Shown: piece after piece, positions 52,041 to 64,000 of the stretch | Layout of the letters: each line of letters begins with the position of its first letter | How positions within the stretch are numbered: position 1 is the stretch's first letter | Position numbers and translations under genes: made by a program | NCBI RefSeq assembly: GCF_006345805.1 | Contig: NC_043002.1 | Coordinates: 90,396,001-90,460,000 of the forward strand | Source: Octopus sinensis | Taxonomy: Eukaryota | Length of the DNA stretch: 64,000 nt | Direction: 5' to 3' | Notes under the pieces: model-generated | The model's input: only the letters and a program-made list of their open reading frames with translations | Told to the model about the DNA's origin: nothing | The model's database searches: none

Positions 52041-52718
52041 CACCATAACACCCTCAAGAGTTTCAGACCCCACTTCTCTGATTTCTCTATTGATGTTCTC
52101 CTTCAGTTGTGTCAGGGTCTCTGGTTTGTTGATGTAAACCCTCTCTTTCAGGTATCCCCACTAGAAAAAATCCAGGCTAGTCAAGTCTGGGGAATGTGAA
52201 GGCCATTCAAATTAGACCTCACACATGGTTTCAGCAAGATGGGGCAACTTCTCATACTGTCTAGAGAAACAATGCAATTGCTATGGCAGTGCTTTGGAGA
52301 AAGAATAATCTCCTGCTATGGCAATGTCAACTAGCCTTCATGTTCTCCAGACTTGATTAGCCTGGATTTTTTCTTATGGAGATAACTGAAAGAGGGGTTT
52401 ACATCAACAAACTGGAGATCCTGGTTCAACTGAAGGAGAATATCAATAGATAAGTCGGAGAGGTGGGGTTTGAAACTTTTGAGGGTGTTATGGTGCAAGT
52501 TTTGGAAAGAGCACAGGTGTGTGAAGTCAAAAATGGCTGCCATTTAAGTGATGTCATATTGTTCATATGTGATGTAGGGGTGTTGCACAATTTGACTTGT
52601 GCATATTAATTTTCTTTATGCCCTTTATATTGTATCAATATTTCCTGCATTTATTTGCAAAGTCAAGGAAGTTATTAAAAACTGAAACCCATCAGTGATT
52701 TTTGGGACACCCTGTATA
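52040..52718 (+). mobile_element. DD41D (rosa/Visitor-type) transposon 3' fragment with an inverted duplication of the transposase C-terminus
   Basis: Plus remnant WFQQDGATSHT...FGERIISCYGNVN(W)PSCSPDLISLDFFLW with 41 residues D-to-D after correcting one frameshift; end TTTTTGGGACACCCTG-TA; 52040-52208 is an inverted copy (WPSHSPDLTSLDFF*WGYLKERVYINKP). Confidence 0.85.
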
Positions 52719-53336
52719 TGAAGTTAAAAGACATGCTCAGTACTGGATTAACCATTAAGCAAAATAAATACATGCTTAGGGCATCAAGTGAAGCAGTGCA
52801 CTGCCTCCCTTAATGGTTTATGGCACAAAAGAAATCACTTTAAACTTGCTAAAATGATATTCTAAGCGACCATCCATACATACAGGCATGTCCTTCATGG
52901 CCATGCCCTCACCCCCTCTACCAGCTGAGAGGTCTTTCTCTTGCAGGAAGGGCATGCAGCTGTAGAAACCATGCCAGAGAAGACAATTAGAATTGGAACA
53001 GCTGGCGAGATAGTGTCAAACCATCCACCCTATGCCAGCATGGAAAATTGATGTTAAACAATGATGGTGATGATGATGGTGGTGGTGGTGGTGATGACGA
53101 TGACGATGACGATGATGATGATGTTTATATGATTGGAAATATAATTTCAGAGTCATAGTGAGAATCTGATCAAAGACTTTGCAATTAAAAAAAGTAGGAG
53201 AAAACTTTTCAATTATAGATTAAGTGGAAGTTTTCAAAAACAAAAATCTTTTTCTATCTTATTGTTAGTTTTGTTTCATTTTGAAAACTAAAAATTTATT
53301 CCATTCTTTGTTATTGTTTATACTTTGAATTACATA

Positions 53337-54351
53337 TACAGGTGTTGGACAAAATAACGGAAACACCTTAAAATTTCAAACAAATTTATTTTAATATGGG
53401 GTAGGAACTGCCTTTGGCAGTAATTACAGCTTGAATTCTATGAAGTATGGACTCGTACAAAGTTTGAATTGTTTCCAAAGGAATTTTTGTCCATTCTTTA
53501 GCTAAAACAGTCTCCAAGTGATGATGGTTGAGGGTATCGACTCTTTACTTGTTTTTCTAAAATGCACCATAAATGTTCAATAATATTGAGATCTGTGGAC
53601 TGTGGTGGCCAGATAAGATGTTCAACTTCGCTAGAATGTTCCTTGTGCCATTCAGTAACAACTTTAGCTGTGTGAATTGGTGCATTATCATCCTGAAAGA
53701 TTGCATTTCCCTCTGGAAACAGTTCCGCAAACATAGGATGCATTTGATCAGATAAAAGGCTTAAATAGTCTTGACTATTAATTCTGCCATGAAGGGAAAC
53801 CATTGGGCTGGCAGATTTCCAATATATAGCCCCCCCCCCCACCAGATCATCAGAGATCCTCCATGTTTAACAGTCGGAAGAAGGCAGTCTGGGTCAAATG
53901 CTTCTTTTGGCTGTCTCCACACGTATACTCGGCCGGTGGTCAGAAATAAGGTAAAGGTTGACTTGTCCAAGAAAATAACATTCTTACAATGCTCTAAGGG
54001 ACCAATTCTGAAGTTTTTTTCCCTCTTTCTCAAAGTTTGTCATTACTTTCGAGACAGTACTTCTTGATACACCAAACATTTCAGCTGTTTTCGTTATGCT
54101 AGCTCCTGCCATATGAGCACCAACAATTTGACCTCTTTGAAAGTCTGACAGATTTGTCATTTCAATGAATTTTAATTATCTTTTTCTGATGATATCTGAA
54201 AAGAAACAGCAATTTTAGCAAAAGATATTAAGCAACACTAATAATAAATCAAAAAACATAAAAATAAACAAGCTTTTGATAGTTTTATAGATATTTCAAA
54301 ATTATGATACTATGATGCTAGGTGTTACCATTATTTTGTCCAACCCCAGTA
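53337..54351 (-). mobile_element. Internally deleted Tc1-like element with a DD36E triad
   Basis: TA-CAGGTGTTGGACAAAATAACGGAAACACC and GGTGTTACCATTATTTTGTCCAACCCCAG-TA ends; MTNLSDFQRGQIVGAHMAGASITKTAEMFGVSRSTV (ATG at 54160); FQDDNAPIHT...WPPQSTDLNIIE with 36 residues D-to-E. Confidence 0.92.
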
Positions 54352-56333
54352 TATGGGGGTACCAAAACCTTTTAAGCGCTTAGAGCCTCTATGGGTCTTA
54401 GTCCGGCACTGAATTTTTGGGTGACGTGATCCTGTAACTTGGTCCCAGTAAAAGTTGCCGTGTTGTTAATATTGAAAAGAATTTTAATTGCAAAGCTTTC
54501 TTTTTTTTTTTAATTGCTAAGTCTTTAATCAGATTCTCACTATCACACCATGAAAACTTTGAAATTATAGTTCCCATCATATAAACCACTCATTTTAGCA
54601 AGTTTAAAGTGGTTTCGTTTGGGCTATAAACCATTTACCATCTCTTGATGGAAAGTGCACTTAATTAAAAGTGCCTAGTTGTGTATGGCTTGGTGCTATG
54701 AATCTTTGAACTAGGAACTTGTCAAGATTTCTGTCTATCTTGAAGATGAACAGAGGTGGTGTGGGGAAGATAGCACTAGTTTTGGGGGTCATGAAGTAGG
54801 ATTTGGAAGTTACAGATGGGTGTGCAATTCAGTGGGGTGATGGATGGGTGGAAGGTGAAGAGTGTATGCATATATGTATGTGTGTACATATGTCTGTACA
54901 TAGGAATATATGCACATACAGGAATATGTATATATATATGTAAGTATGTATATATGTGTGGGTACATATATATGCATATGCGTATATATCCTTCAGATAA
55001 ATATACTGTATGTGCAGATTTTAATAAATGTATATATGAAAACCTTTTGTACTGTCATATTAACACCCCACCTCTTTCATATACCCACCACATATATACA
55101 AACCTTCATACATGAGTGTTGTTTATATACACAGACCATTTTTATTTACATTTACGTATACAAATACCACCTGCATGTAAGTGTGTGTGTATGTGTGTTT
55201 GTACATATGTCTGCGTGTGTGTCTGTGTGTGTGTTTGTACATATGTCCGTGTGTGTGTGTGTGTGTGTGTGAGGATACCAAGAGAGATACATACTGAAAC
55301 AGGGCTATGAAAAAAACGAAAAACTTAAAAAATAAATAGGCAATAAAGCAACAACAGCAACAAAAACAACCTATGTAAATATAAAAATAACTGTTATTTC
55401 AACTTCATTGGTTTACCATTCATTACAGCTTTGGAAGAAGAATTGTTTGCAAAAAAAAAAAGAAAGAAATAACAAACAAAAACCATTAATGAGAAGCTGA
55501 CCCAGATATCTGTTTTTAGATTCCCAAAACTATTTTCGCAAAAAAAAAACACCTTACCTTCTTTGTTTTTATTTGTGCAATTCTTGTATTCTTCCTTTTC
55601 TTCACCTTTCTATATTTCTTGCATTGTATTTTTATTTTTATTTTTAGTAGGTTACTTTTCTTCTCCTTTAGCTTCAGGAGTGGTGTTGGTGGTAGTGGTT
55701 GGGTGCCTCTATTTTTATCCATGTTTTATTCCTGCTGTTTCAACTGAATCTCTTGTTAAATAGCTCTGATCAGCTCCACAAGAAGTGCACTGATGTCATG
55801 TAAACCCAACGATCTGGGAGCTTCCAAGATATATAAAGCTTCAGAGCATTAAGATGGAAGGAATTCTGCTATACTTCTTTGAGGTTATATCACAACTGGA
55901 CTTAATTGTATCTGTTTGGCTGCCAGAGACTTGTGTAGCCACAGTAGAGACCATGAAGAACCTACTTTTAAACCATATGAATAAATCCTCCTTTATGATT
56001 GCTTACTGTGCCAGAAATAGAAGACAAATATCCCTCAAGTCACAACATATTTCTTCAAAAACAGTTACATTAGATAATGTAGTCCAAAAGAGAATATGCC
56101 AGAATAAAAGTCAACTTATCCAGGTGGATATAAATTGAGATGAAATTCTGAGCAAGATTGTCAGTCTTCCCCAGAAATGGACTGAGAGGGAGCTATTCTT
56201 GAAAACTTAGACTGAGGTAGTGAACATGTCACTGCTATTATATATTACTGTCCAACCATTGCTTTTGCCCTTGTTCTTGCTTGACCAGGTTAGATATGCT
56301 ACTCTTGATTGCCTTTTGTTTGGTATATCATTC

Positions 56334-57030
56334 TACTGAGTTGTCTGGAAAGTTCATGCCAATTTATAGTAGCTTACCTTTCGATTTATTTTAGAGCATG
56401 AAGTCAAATTCATAAAATATTTTAGAACATGTAGTCAAATCCATAAAATATTTTAGAACATGTAGTCAAATCCATAAAATATTTTAGAACATGTAGTCAA
56501 ATCCATAAAATATTTTAGAACACGTAGTCAAATCCATAAAATATTTTAGAACAAGTAGTCAAATCCATAAAATAGGATTTGACTACACCTCCATTTAAAG
56601 CACAGTTTAAGCTATCTTTTCGTGGAAGAGGGTTTATGTTCCTATAACCTGTGTTAATTCTGTAACCCTTTAAAATGGAAGATAAGAAAGTTCATTTTCG
56701 GCACTTGATGCTTTGAGAACCAGACAAAAATTGCTTCAGCTCGGCTGGAATGTGTTACCCCACCCTCCATATTCCCCAGATATTGCTCCTTCAGATTTCC
56801 ACTTATTCAGGTCTCTGCAGACTAGTCTTAATGGTAAAACTTTCAATTCCTTGGATGATGTAAAAAGATACCGTGATGAACTCTTTGCCATGAAACCACC
56901 TCAATTCTGGGAAGAGGGTATTTTCAAGTTAAAGGAAAGATGGAGATGCATGATGCAACAAAATAGTTCATATTTGGTTGATTAAAAATGAAACGGAAAG
57001 TATATATTGAACTTTCCGGACAACCCAATA
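56334..57030 (+). mobile_element. Internally deleted mariner (DD34D-type, N-terminus resembling the mellifera subfamily)
   Basis: Ends TA-CTGAGTTGTCTGGAAAGTTC and GAACTTTCCGGACAACCCAA-TA; MEDKKVHFRHLML abuts RTRQKLLQLGWNVLPHPPYSPDIAPSDFHLFRSLQ. Confidence 0.92.
56387..56572. repeat. 31-bp tandem repeat x6 inside the mariner 5'UTR
   Basis: Unit TATTTTAGAACATGTAGTCAAATCCATAAAA starting at 56387, 56418, 56449, 56480, 56511 and 56542. Confidence 0.95.
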
Positions 57031-57629
57031 CAACTTGTCTTCTTGATGAAGGTGCAGTCTTGAGTCATGTAAAGTAAAAAATTAGGTGCTTGGCATTGTT
57101 GTTAGGCACTGACAGCCCTTTGCAGTTGGGTAATGTGGTCTATGGCAGTACTATGATTGTGTGCTGTAGAGGACTAGTGGTGAGGAGGAGCTCAAATATT
57201 CCTAAGGAAACTGAAGACAGCAATGAAAATCAACTAGTTCATCTGTTCTGGAGAACATTCATCTCAAGAATTGTAGATAACTTCCTGAAATCCTGACATG
57301 GCAGCGCTGCCATGTGGGTATTGATGGTTTAGGACAAAATCTACAGGCACTGAAGTGCTGTGAACCAGGCCTGTCCAAGATATGTGCAGAGCTCCAAAAC
57401 CATTTTGTATGCATTTGTTCAGTATCTAAGCGTTACTGTGTTGAGTTGTTGAATTATCAAAAAGCTGTTGTTACAAGTAGGATGGATCTATCTGAAAAGT
57501 TCATTATAAAAATTACTTTATCATCTTCTTTTGGCTGAGAAGTACACCTAGATTTTTTTCTCTCTCATGGCTATCATCATCATCATCATTAGAAAGCATT
57601 TTTTTTTTCTTGATGATCACTGATAACTA

Positions 57630-58000
57630 TTGGCAGAATTGTTAGCACATCCTGAGTTTAAATTTTGCTGAGGTCATCTTCGTGATTCTCTGTTTTGGGA
57701 TCGATAAAATAAGTACCATTTGAGCACTTGAGTTGATGTAATCTACTGGCAGAATTGTTAGCACATCCTGAGTCCTTGTGTCTTTAGTAGAAAGGATTAT
57801 CATTATTAAGGTGGTGTGCTGGTAGAATCATTAGCACGCCAGGCAAAATGCTTAGCAGTATTTCATCTGTCTTTACATTCTGAGTTCAAATTCTGTTGAG
57901 GTTGACTTTGCCTTTCATCCTTTTGGGGTTGATGGAAAAGTACCATTTGAGGAGTCAACATAATTCACTTACCTCCTCCCTCCAAAATTTCAGGCCTTTA
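57630..58000 (+). mobile_element. Two tandem diverged family B SINEs
   Basis: GGCAGAATTGTTAGCAC...GATAAAATAAGTACC, then AAGGTGGTGTGCTGGTAGAATC...GCCTTTCATCCTTTTGGGGTTGAT. Confidence 0.75.
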
Positions 58001-58004
58001 TATC

Positions 58005-58103
<99 letters not shown>

Positions 58104-59711
58104 TTACTTGATAGAAGCTGTAAAATGGCATTTGGAAGTAATCAGTCCTATTGGCTATTGTGCTTGCTTCCTCAGTTGTGTATCTCACACATTGTCAATA
58201 GATTAGGCTGCAGCATCATGCTTGAAGGGAAACTGATAGTTATCTTTCTGTCTATCTGTCTGTCTACCAGTCTGTCCGTTTATGGATGTGTAAGCATGTA
58301 TGTATGTATGTATGTATGTATGTATGTATGTATGTATGTATGTATGTATGTATGTATGTATGTATGTATCTGTATATGTATGTGGGCCTGCATCCATATG
58401 TGTGAATGAATGCCAGATAAAATACATATGTATAACTGAGGGCATTGGGAAAGGTATTCATAGACATATATGTTTCCTTTTTCTTTTAATGCAGATGCAT
58501 ATTAATGTATTGCTATCTCACGTCCCATCTATCCAGCTCCCTTGTTGCTGTATTGATATATATATATTGATATATATATATATATATGGTAATTCTTTTG
58601 TTATGTGTTCACACCCCAACTACAATGCTGTACAATGTCCCACACTATAATGCAGAACCATAACCATTGCAGCTCACAAAACATGTCCACTTACTGCAAC
58701 AACTCCAGCACAGTTCTCTCTTCCATTGAGTATACTTTATTTCTATGATACCATTCTTCTTAACAGTAATAAGAATGGATGCATGCATGCATGCACACAC
58801 ACACGCACACACACACATACATGCACAGATAAAAACATACATGCATGGGCACATATGCAATTATTTAGAATAATGCAAATTAAGTGTACAGATACACTAA
58901 CTTAATCACACATTCACATGTACCAACACACCAAATTGTACATACGCATACATATTTCTACACTTATATATATATAAAAATAACATTACATGCATTGCAC
59001 ATATTCATACAGTCACCCATATGTGTGTACATAGGTATTTATAAGTGCACAGTCATAGACTTACACAGCTTCACACATAAATGCACAAAAACTGAGAACT
59101 CCAATGCACTACCCTAGCTTCTTGAAATTTCTTTTCGCTTCCTTCTTCATTTCATTTTACCAAATTTATTTCTTAAATCTCTGGATTTCAGTTTTATAAT
59201 ATTTTTTTCTTTTGCACAAAATGATTTAAGTGTACTGAAGACTGCAAGCAAAAATATTACATGCATTAAATATATACCATTGGCTTATTTGAGTTATTTC
59301 CCATAGAGCAGTGTTTGTAATTATGGAAATAATTGTAAAATGATTGAGTAGGCGTAAAAAGACTATGGTTCACTTTTGATGTCGAATAAGGCAAAAACCT
59401 GTCTATAGTTGTCACCACTCTTGGTTATCAAAAACCAAACAGCAAAATTAACTTTGTATATATATCTGTAAAAATATCAAACACAAACTCATTTATATTT
59501 TATAAAATTCATATCTTGAAAATATTTATGAAGTTCATTTAACATCATATCATATATTACTATTGCATTGTAGTAATGCAATAGTTATTGTATTCTAGTT
59601 ATTGTAGTAATGAAATAACTAGAATTTAATATAGTTTTGAAAGTTGCGCTCTAAAATGCATGGATATTTCTTGGATATGCACCTATTTGACATATCAGAT
59701 ATGTATATATT

Positions 59712-60471
<760 letters not shown>

Positions 60472-60479
60472 GTATATCT

Positions 60480-60533
<54 letters not shown>

Positions 60534-60605
60534 GGTGGTGCATCAGCATGGCCGCAGCTCTGAGCTGAAACTAGAAAAAAAAAATATATATATATATATA
60601 AAAAC

Positions 60606-60636
<31 letters not shown>

Positions 60637-60894
60637 TATACACACTACAGGTACTTACATCTGTTTAGCCCAGCTAACATGGGCTGGGTATTATCATTAT
60701 TTGGCATTGTGTTATATAACTGGATGCCCAAAAGGCATGAAACAAGCAGGGGATTTATTAACAGGAGAAATGCCTACAGAACACACCACAAGTATCATGA
60801 CTTTTCAAAAAAGAGAACAGGAAATATAATCATGCACACAGACACACACACACATCTATCTTTTTCTTTTTCTCCCTCCTCTTCCCTCTATCTA

Positions 60895-61475
<581 letters not shown>

Positions 61476-61852
61476 AACATTTAACATCTGTTTCCCATGT
61501 TAGTGGGGGTTAGATAGTTTGACAGGAACTGACAAGGCCAAGGGCCAAATCAGGCTCCACAGTCTATTTTTGGTTTGGTTTCTACAGCTGGATGCTCTTC
61601 CTAACACCAACCATTTTACAGTGTGCTGGATGCCTTTTATGTGGCACCAGCACCAGTGCTTTTTACATGGCACCAATACCCATACCAACACTTTGTTTTA
61701 CATGACACCTTGGTTTGGTAATATCAGTTCTATCTGTCTGTCTGTCTTTCTACACATACATACATACATACACACATACATACACACATATATACACACA
61801 TACATACATACATACATACATACATACATACATACATACATACATACATACA

Positions 61853-62325
61853 TTATGGCTGCCCCCTCGTTATCGAGTATGGCCATTGCACGAAGCTTAA
61901 CAGTTATTGGTGCTGTGATCAAATGTGACTTTTTAGCCCAGCTAAAGATCTACAATGTCTTGTACAGAATTGGCAACTAAAACCTTTACTGGTAATAGCC
62001 GGCTGTAGTTGTAACTGGGCTTCATGTACCTTTGCATGTCGTTTAAGTCCTCCTGCCGAATTACACTCTCTTCCACATGCCCGACAGATATGATTAGTAT
62101 GGTGTGTTACACCACCACCAGTGGCCAGGTTGTCACTCATCTGTCTCGCTTTATGACTACGAAGATGACTCTTGAGTCCAGCTTTACTCAGGCAGGGTCT
62201 TGCACAAACATTGCATGTCAGCATCATAGGAAGACCCTTCCGATCTGGAAGTGTAACAGCGATGCCTTCCTGACATCCCTCCTTACTTTTTCATGTGCTC
62301 ACCTGCTACAATCAATAGCTATAGC
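61853..62325 (-). mobile_element. LINE (RTE/BovB-like) 3' fragment encoding three tandem C2H2 zinc fingers
   Basis: ORF 61919-62227: CNVC-X12-HLRSH, CRAC-X12-HAKVH, CQFC-X12-HI*SQH; short 3'UTR running into a (TATG)n tract; no splice signals seen; upstream frame disrupted. Confidence 0.7.
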
Positions 62326-62332
62326 AATAGCT

Positions 62333-62775
62333 ATACATACATACATACATACATACATACACACATATACATACACACATACATACATACATACATGCAT
62401 GCATGCATGCATGCATGCATACATACATACATACATACATACATACATACATGCATATACATACATACATACATACATACATACACACATATACATACAT
62501 ACATATATACATACACACATATACATACATACACAAACATACATACACACACAAACATACATACATACATACATACGTACATACATACATACATACATAC
62601 ACACATATACATACATACATACATACATACATACATACATACATACACACATATACATACATACATACATACATACATACATACATACATACATACATAC
62701 ATACATACATACATACATACATACATACTTACATACATACATACTTACATACATACATACATACATACATACACA
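62333..62775. repeat. (TACA)n microsatellite; a second tract at 61755-61852
   Basis: Directly visible. Confidence 0.97.
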
Positions 62776-63163
62776 AACAACTAGTTTCTTTTCCTGTTTC
62801 CATTTATCAGCTTCACTCACAAGGCCTTGGTCAGCCTGATATTAGAGAAGATACATTTGGACAAGGTGCCACATAGTAGAACTGAATCCCAAATCATTTA
62901 GATGGATTACGGATTTCTAAACCACACAACCATCCCTGTGACTAATATATATGTATGTGTGGGAGTGTGTGTGCATGTGTGTGTGTATATATTCTACCAA
63001 ATGTATACATTTTATTTATTATTTTGCACATTACTTAATCATTATCATATGTTTTATCTTATATTTAATCTTTCTGTAAGATGTAATTTTTCTAAATGGT
63101 ATAATTTAACTTTTCCTTATTGAATTGATAAAAGGTGTTTTTTTCTCATTTAAATATATATAT

Positions 63164-63197
<34 letters not shown>

Positions 63198-63219
63198 ATA
63201 ATATATACATGAATAAGCA

Positions 63220-63382
63220 CAGTCCACTCTGCTGGGTGGTTAGTGTTAGGAAGGGCATCCAGATGTAAAAATCCTGTCAAAACAGTCACAGAAGTCTGGT
63301 GCAGGCTTCTGCTTGGCCGACTCCTGTCAAACCATCTCACCCATGCCAGCGTGGAAGGTGAACATGAAATGATGATGATGAG
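63220..63382 (+). mobile_element. RTE-type 3'UTR fragment
   Basis: GTGTTAGGAAGGGCATCCAG...(GAT)n. Confidence 0.8.
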
Positions 63383-63423
63383 TTAGGACATAAATGCAAA
63401 AATGGTGGAAAAATATAGAAATT

Positions 63424-63695
63424 ATCAGTTAAGCCCTCTTAATTGTCTGGCTTTTTCCGGACCTGCTTCACTATTAGTATCTATGTTTCTTTTATCCAAA
63501 TTATTGGATGATTTAGTGATCCCTAGTCACATTTAGTGACAATTATAATTCTCATTTGGTGAAGCATTGCAAACTGCTGTTTATATTAATTAGCAAATTG
63601 CTAAATCATCCAATAATTTGGATGATGAAAACGTAAATACTAAATAGCAAAGCAGGTCCAGAAAAAAACCAAACAATTGAGTGGGCTTAACTGAT
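63424..63695. repeat. ~93-bp inverted repeats around an 84-bp spacer (fold-back/MITE-like)
   Basis: 63424-63516 matches the reverse complement of 63601-63695; the spacer is duplicated at ~63858-63935. Confidence 0.8.
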
Positions 63696-64000
63696 GAGGT
63701 AATGGAGACTGCTAAAACTGATGTCTGTATTAAGAATTCTTGACCAACATTTTTCGGACAATTAAGGTTCTTGTTAGTGTATATGTTTTCATTCATGTGC
63801 ATTCACTACAGCAGTAGAGCATTTTAACTCTTATTTCTAGCAATGTAGGTGTTTCCTAATACCCTTGTCACATTTAGTTACAATTATAAGTCTCCTTTTT
63901 GGTGAAACATTGCAAGTTGCTGTTTATATTAATTTTATACATACATACATATGTATATATATATAAGTATATATATATTATATATATACATACATACATA

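Overview
AT-rich, repeat-saturated metazoan genomic DNA. The repeat families and the extreme microsatellite load are most consistent with a coleoid cephalopod such as Octopus (inference, not verifiable here). I can identify no intact protein-coding gene; almost all ORFs in the supplied track are microsatellite or SINE read-through. Contents: (i) at least four tRNA-headed SINE families, including near-identical young copies with an internal (TA)n/(TG)n tract; (ii) 3' fragments of several RTE-clade LINEs, one with tandem hairpin repeats in its 3'UTR, one with three C2H2 zinc fingers, one with a clean 11-bp TSD; (iii) six decayed Tc1/mariner elements of five lineages (DD34D x2, DD34E, DD36E, maT/DD37D-like, DD41D); (iv) non-autonomous Helitrons; (v) many long palindromes and MITE-like fold-backs; (vi) weak evidence for small exons of a long + strand host gene. 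The most notable observations are a near-canonical type I hammerhead ribozyme at 48215-48259, at the tip of a ~120-nt imperfect hairpin (retrozyme/Penelope-like), and a second, variant hammerhead-like fold inside a 291-bp Penelope-like palindrome at 34416-34706. All coordinates, alignments and translations were done by eye.
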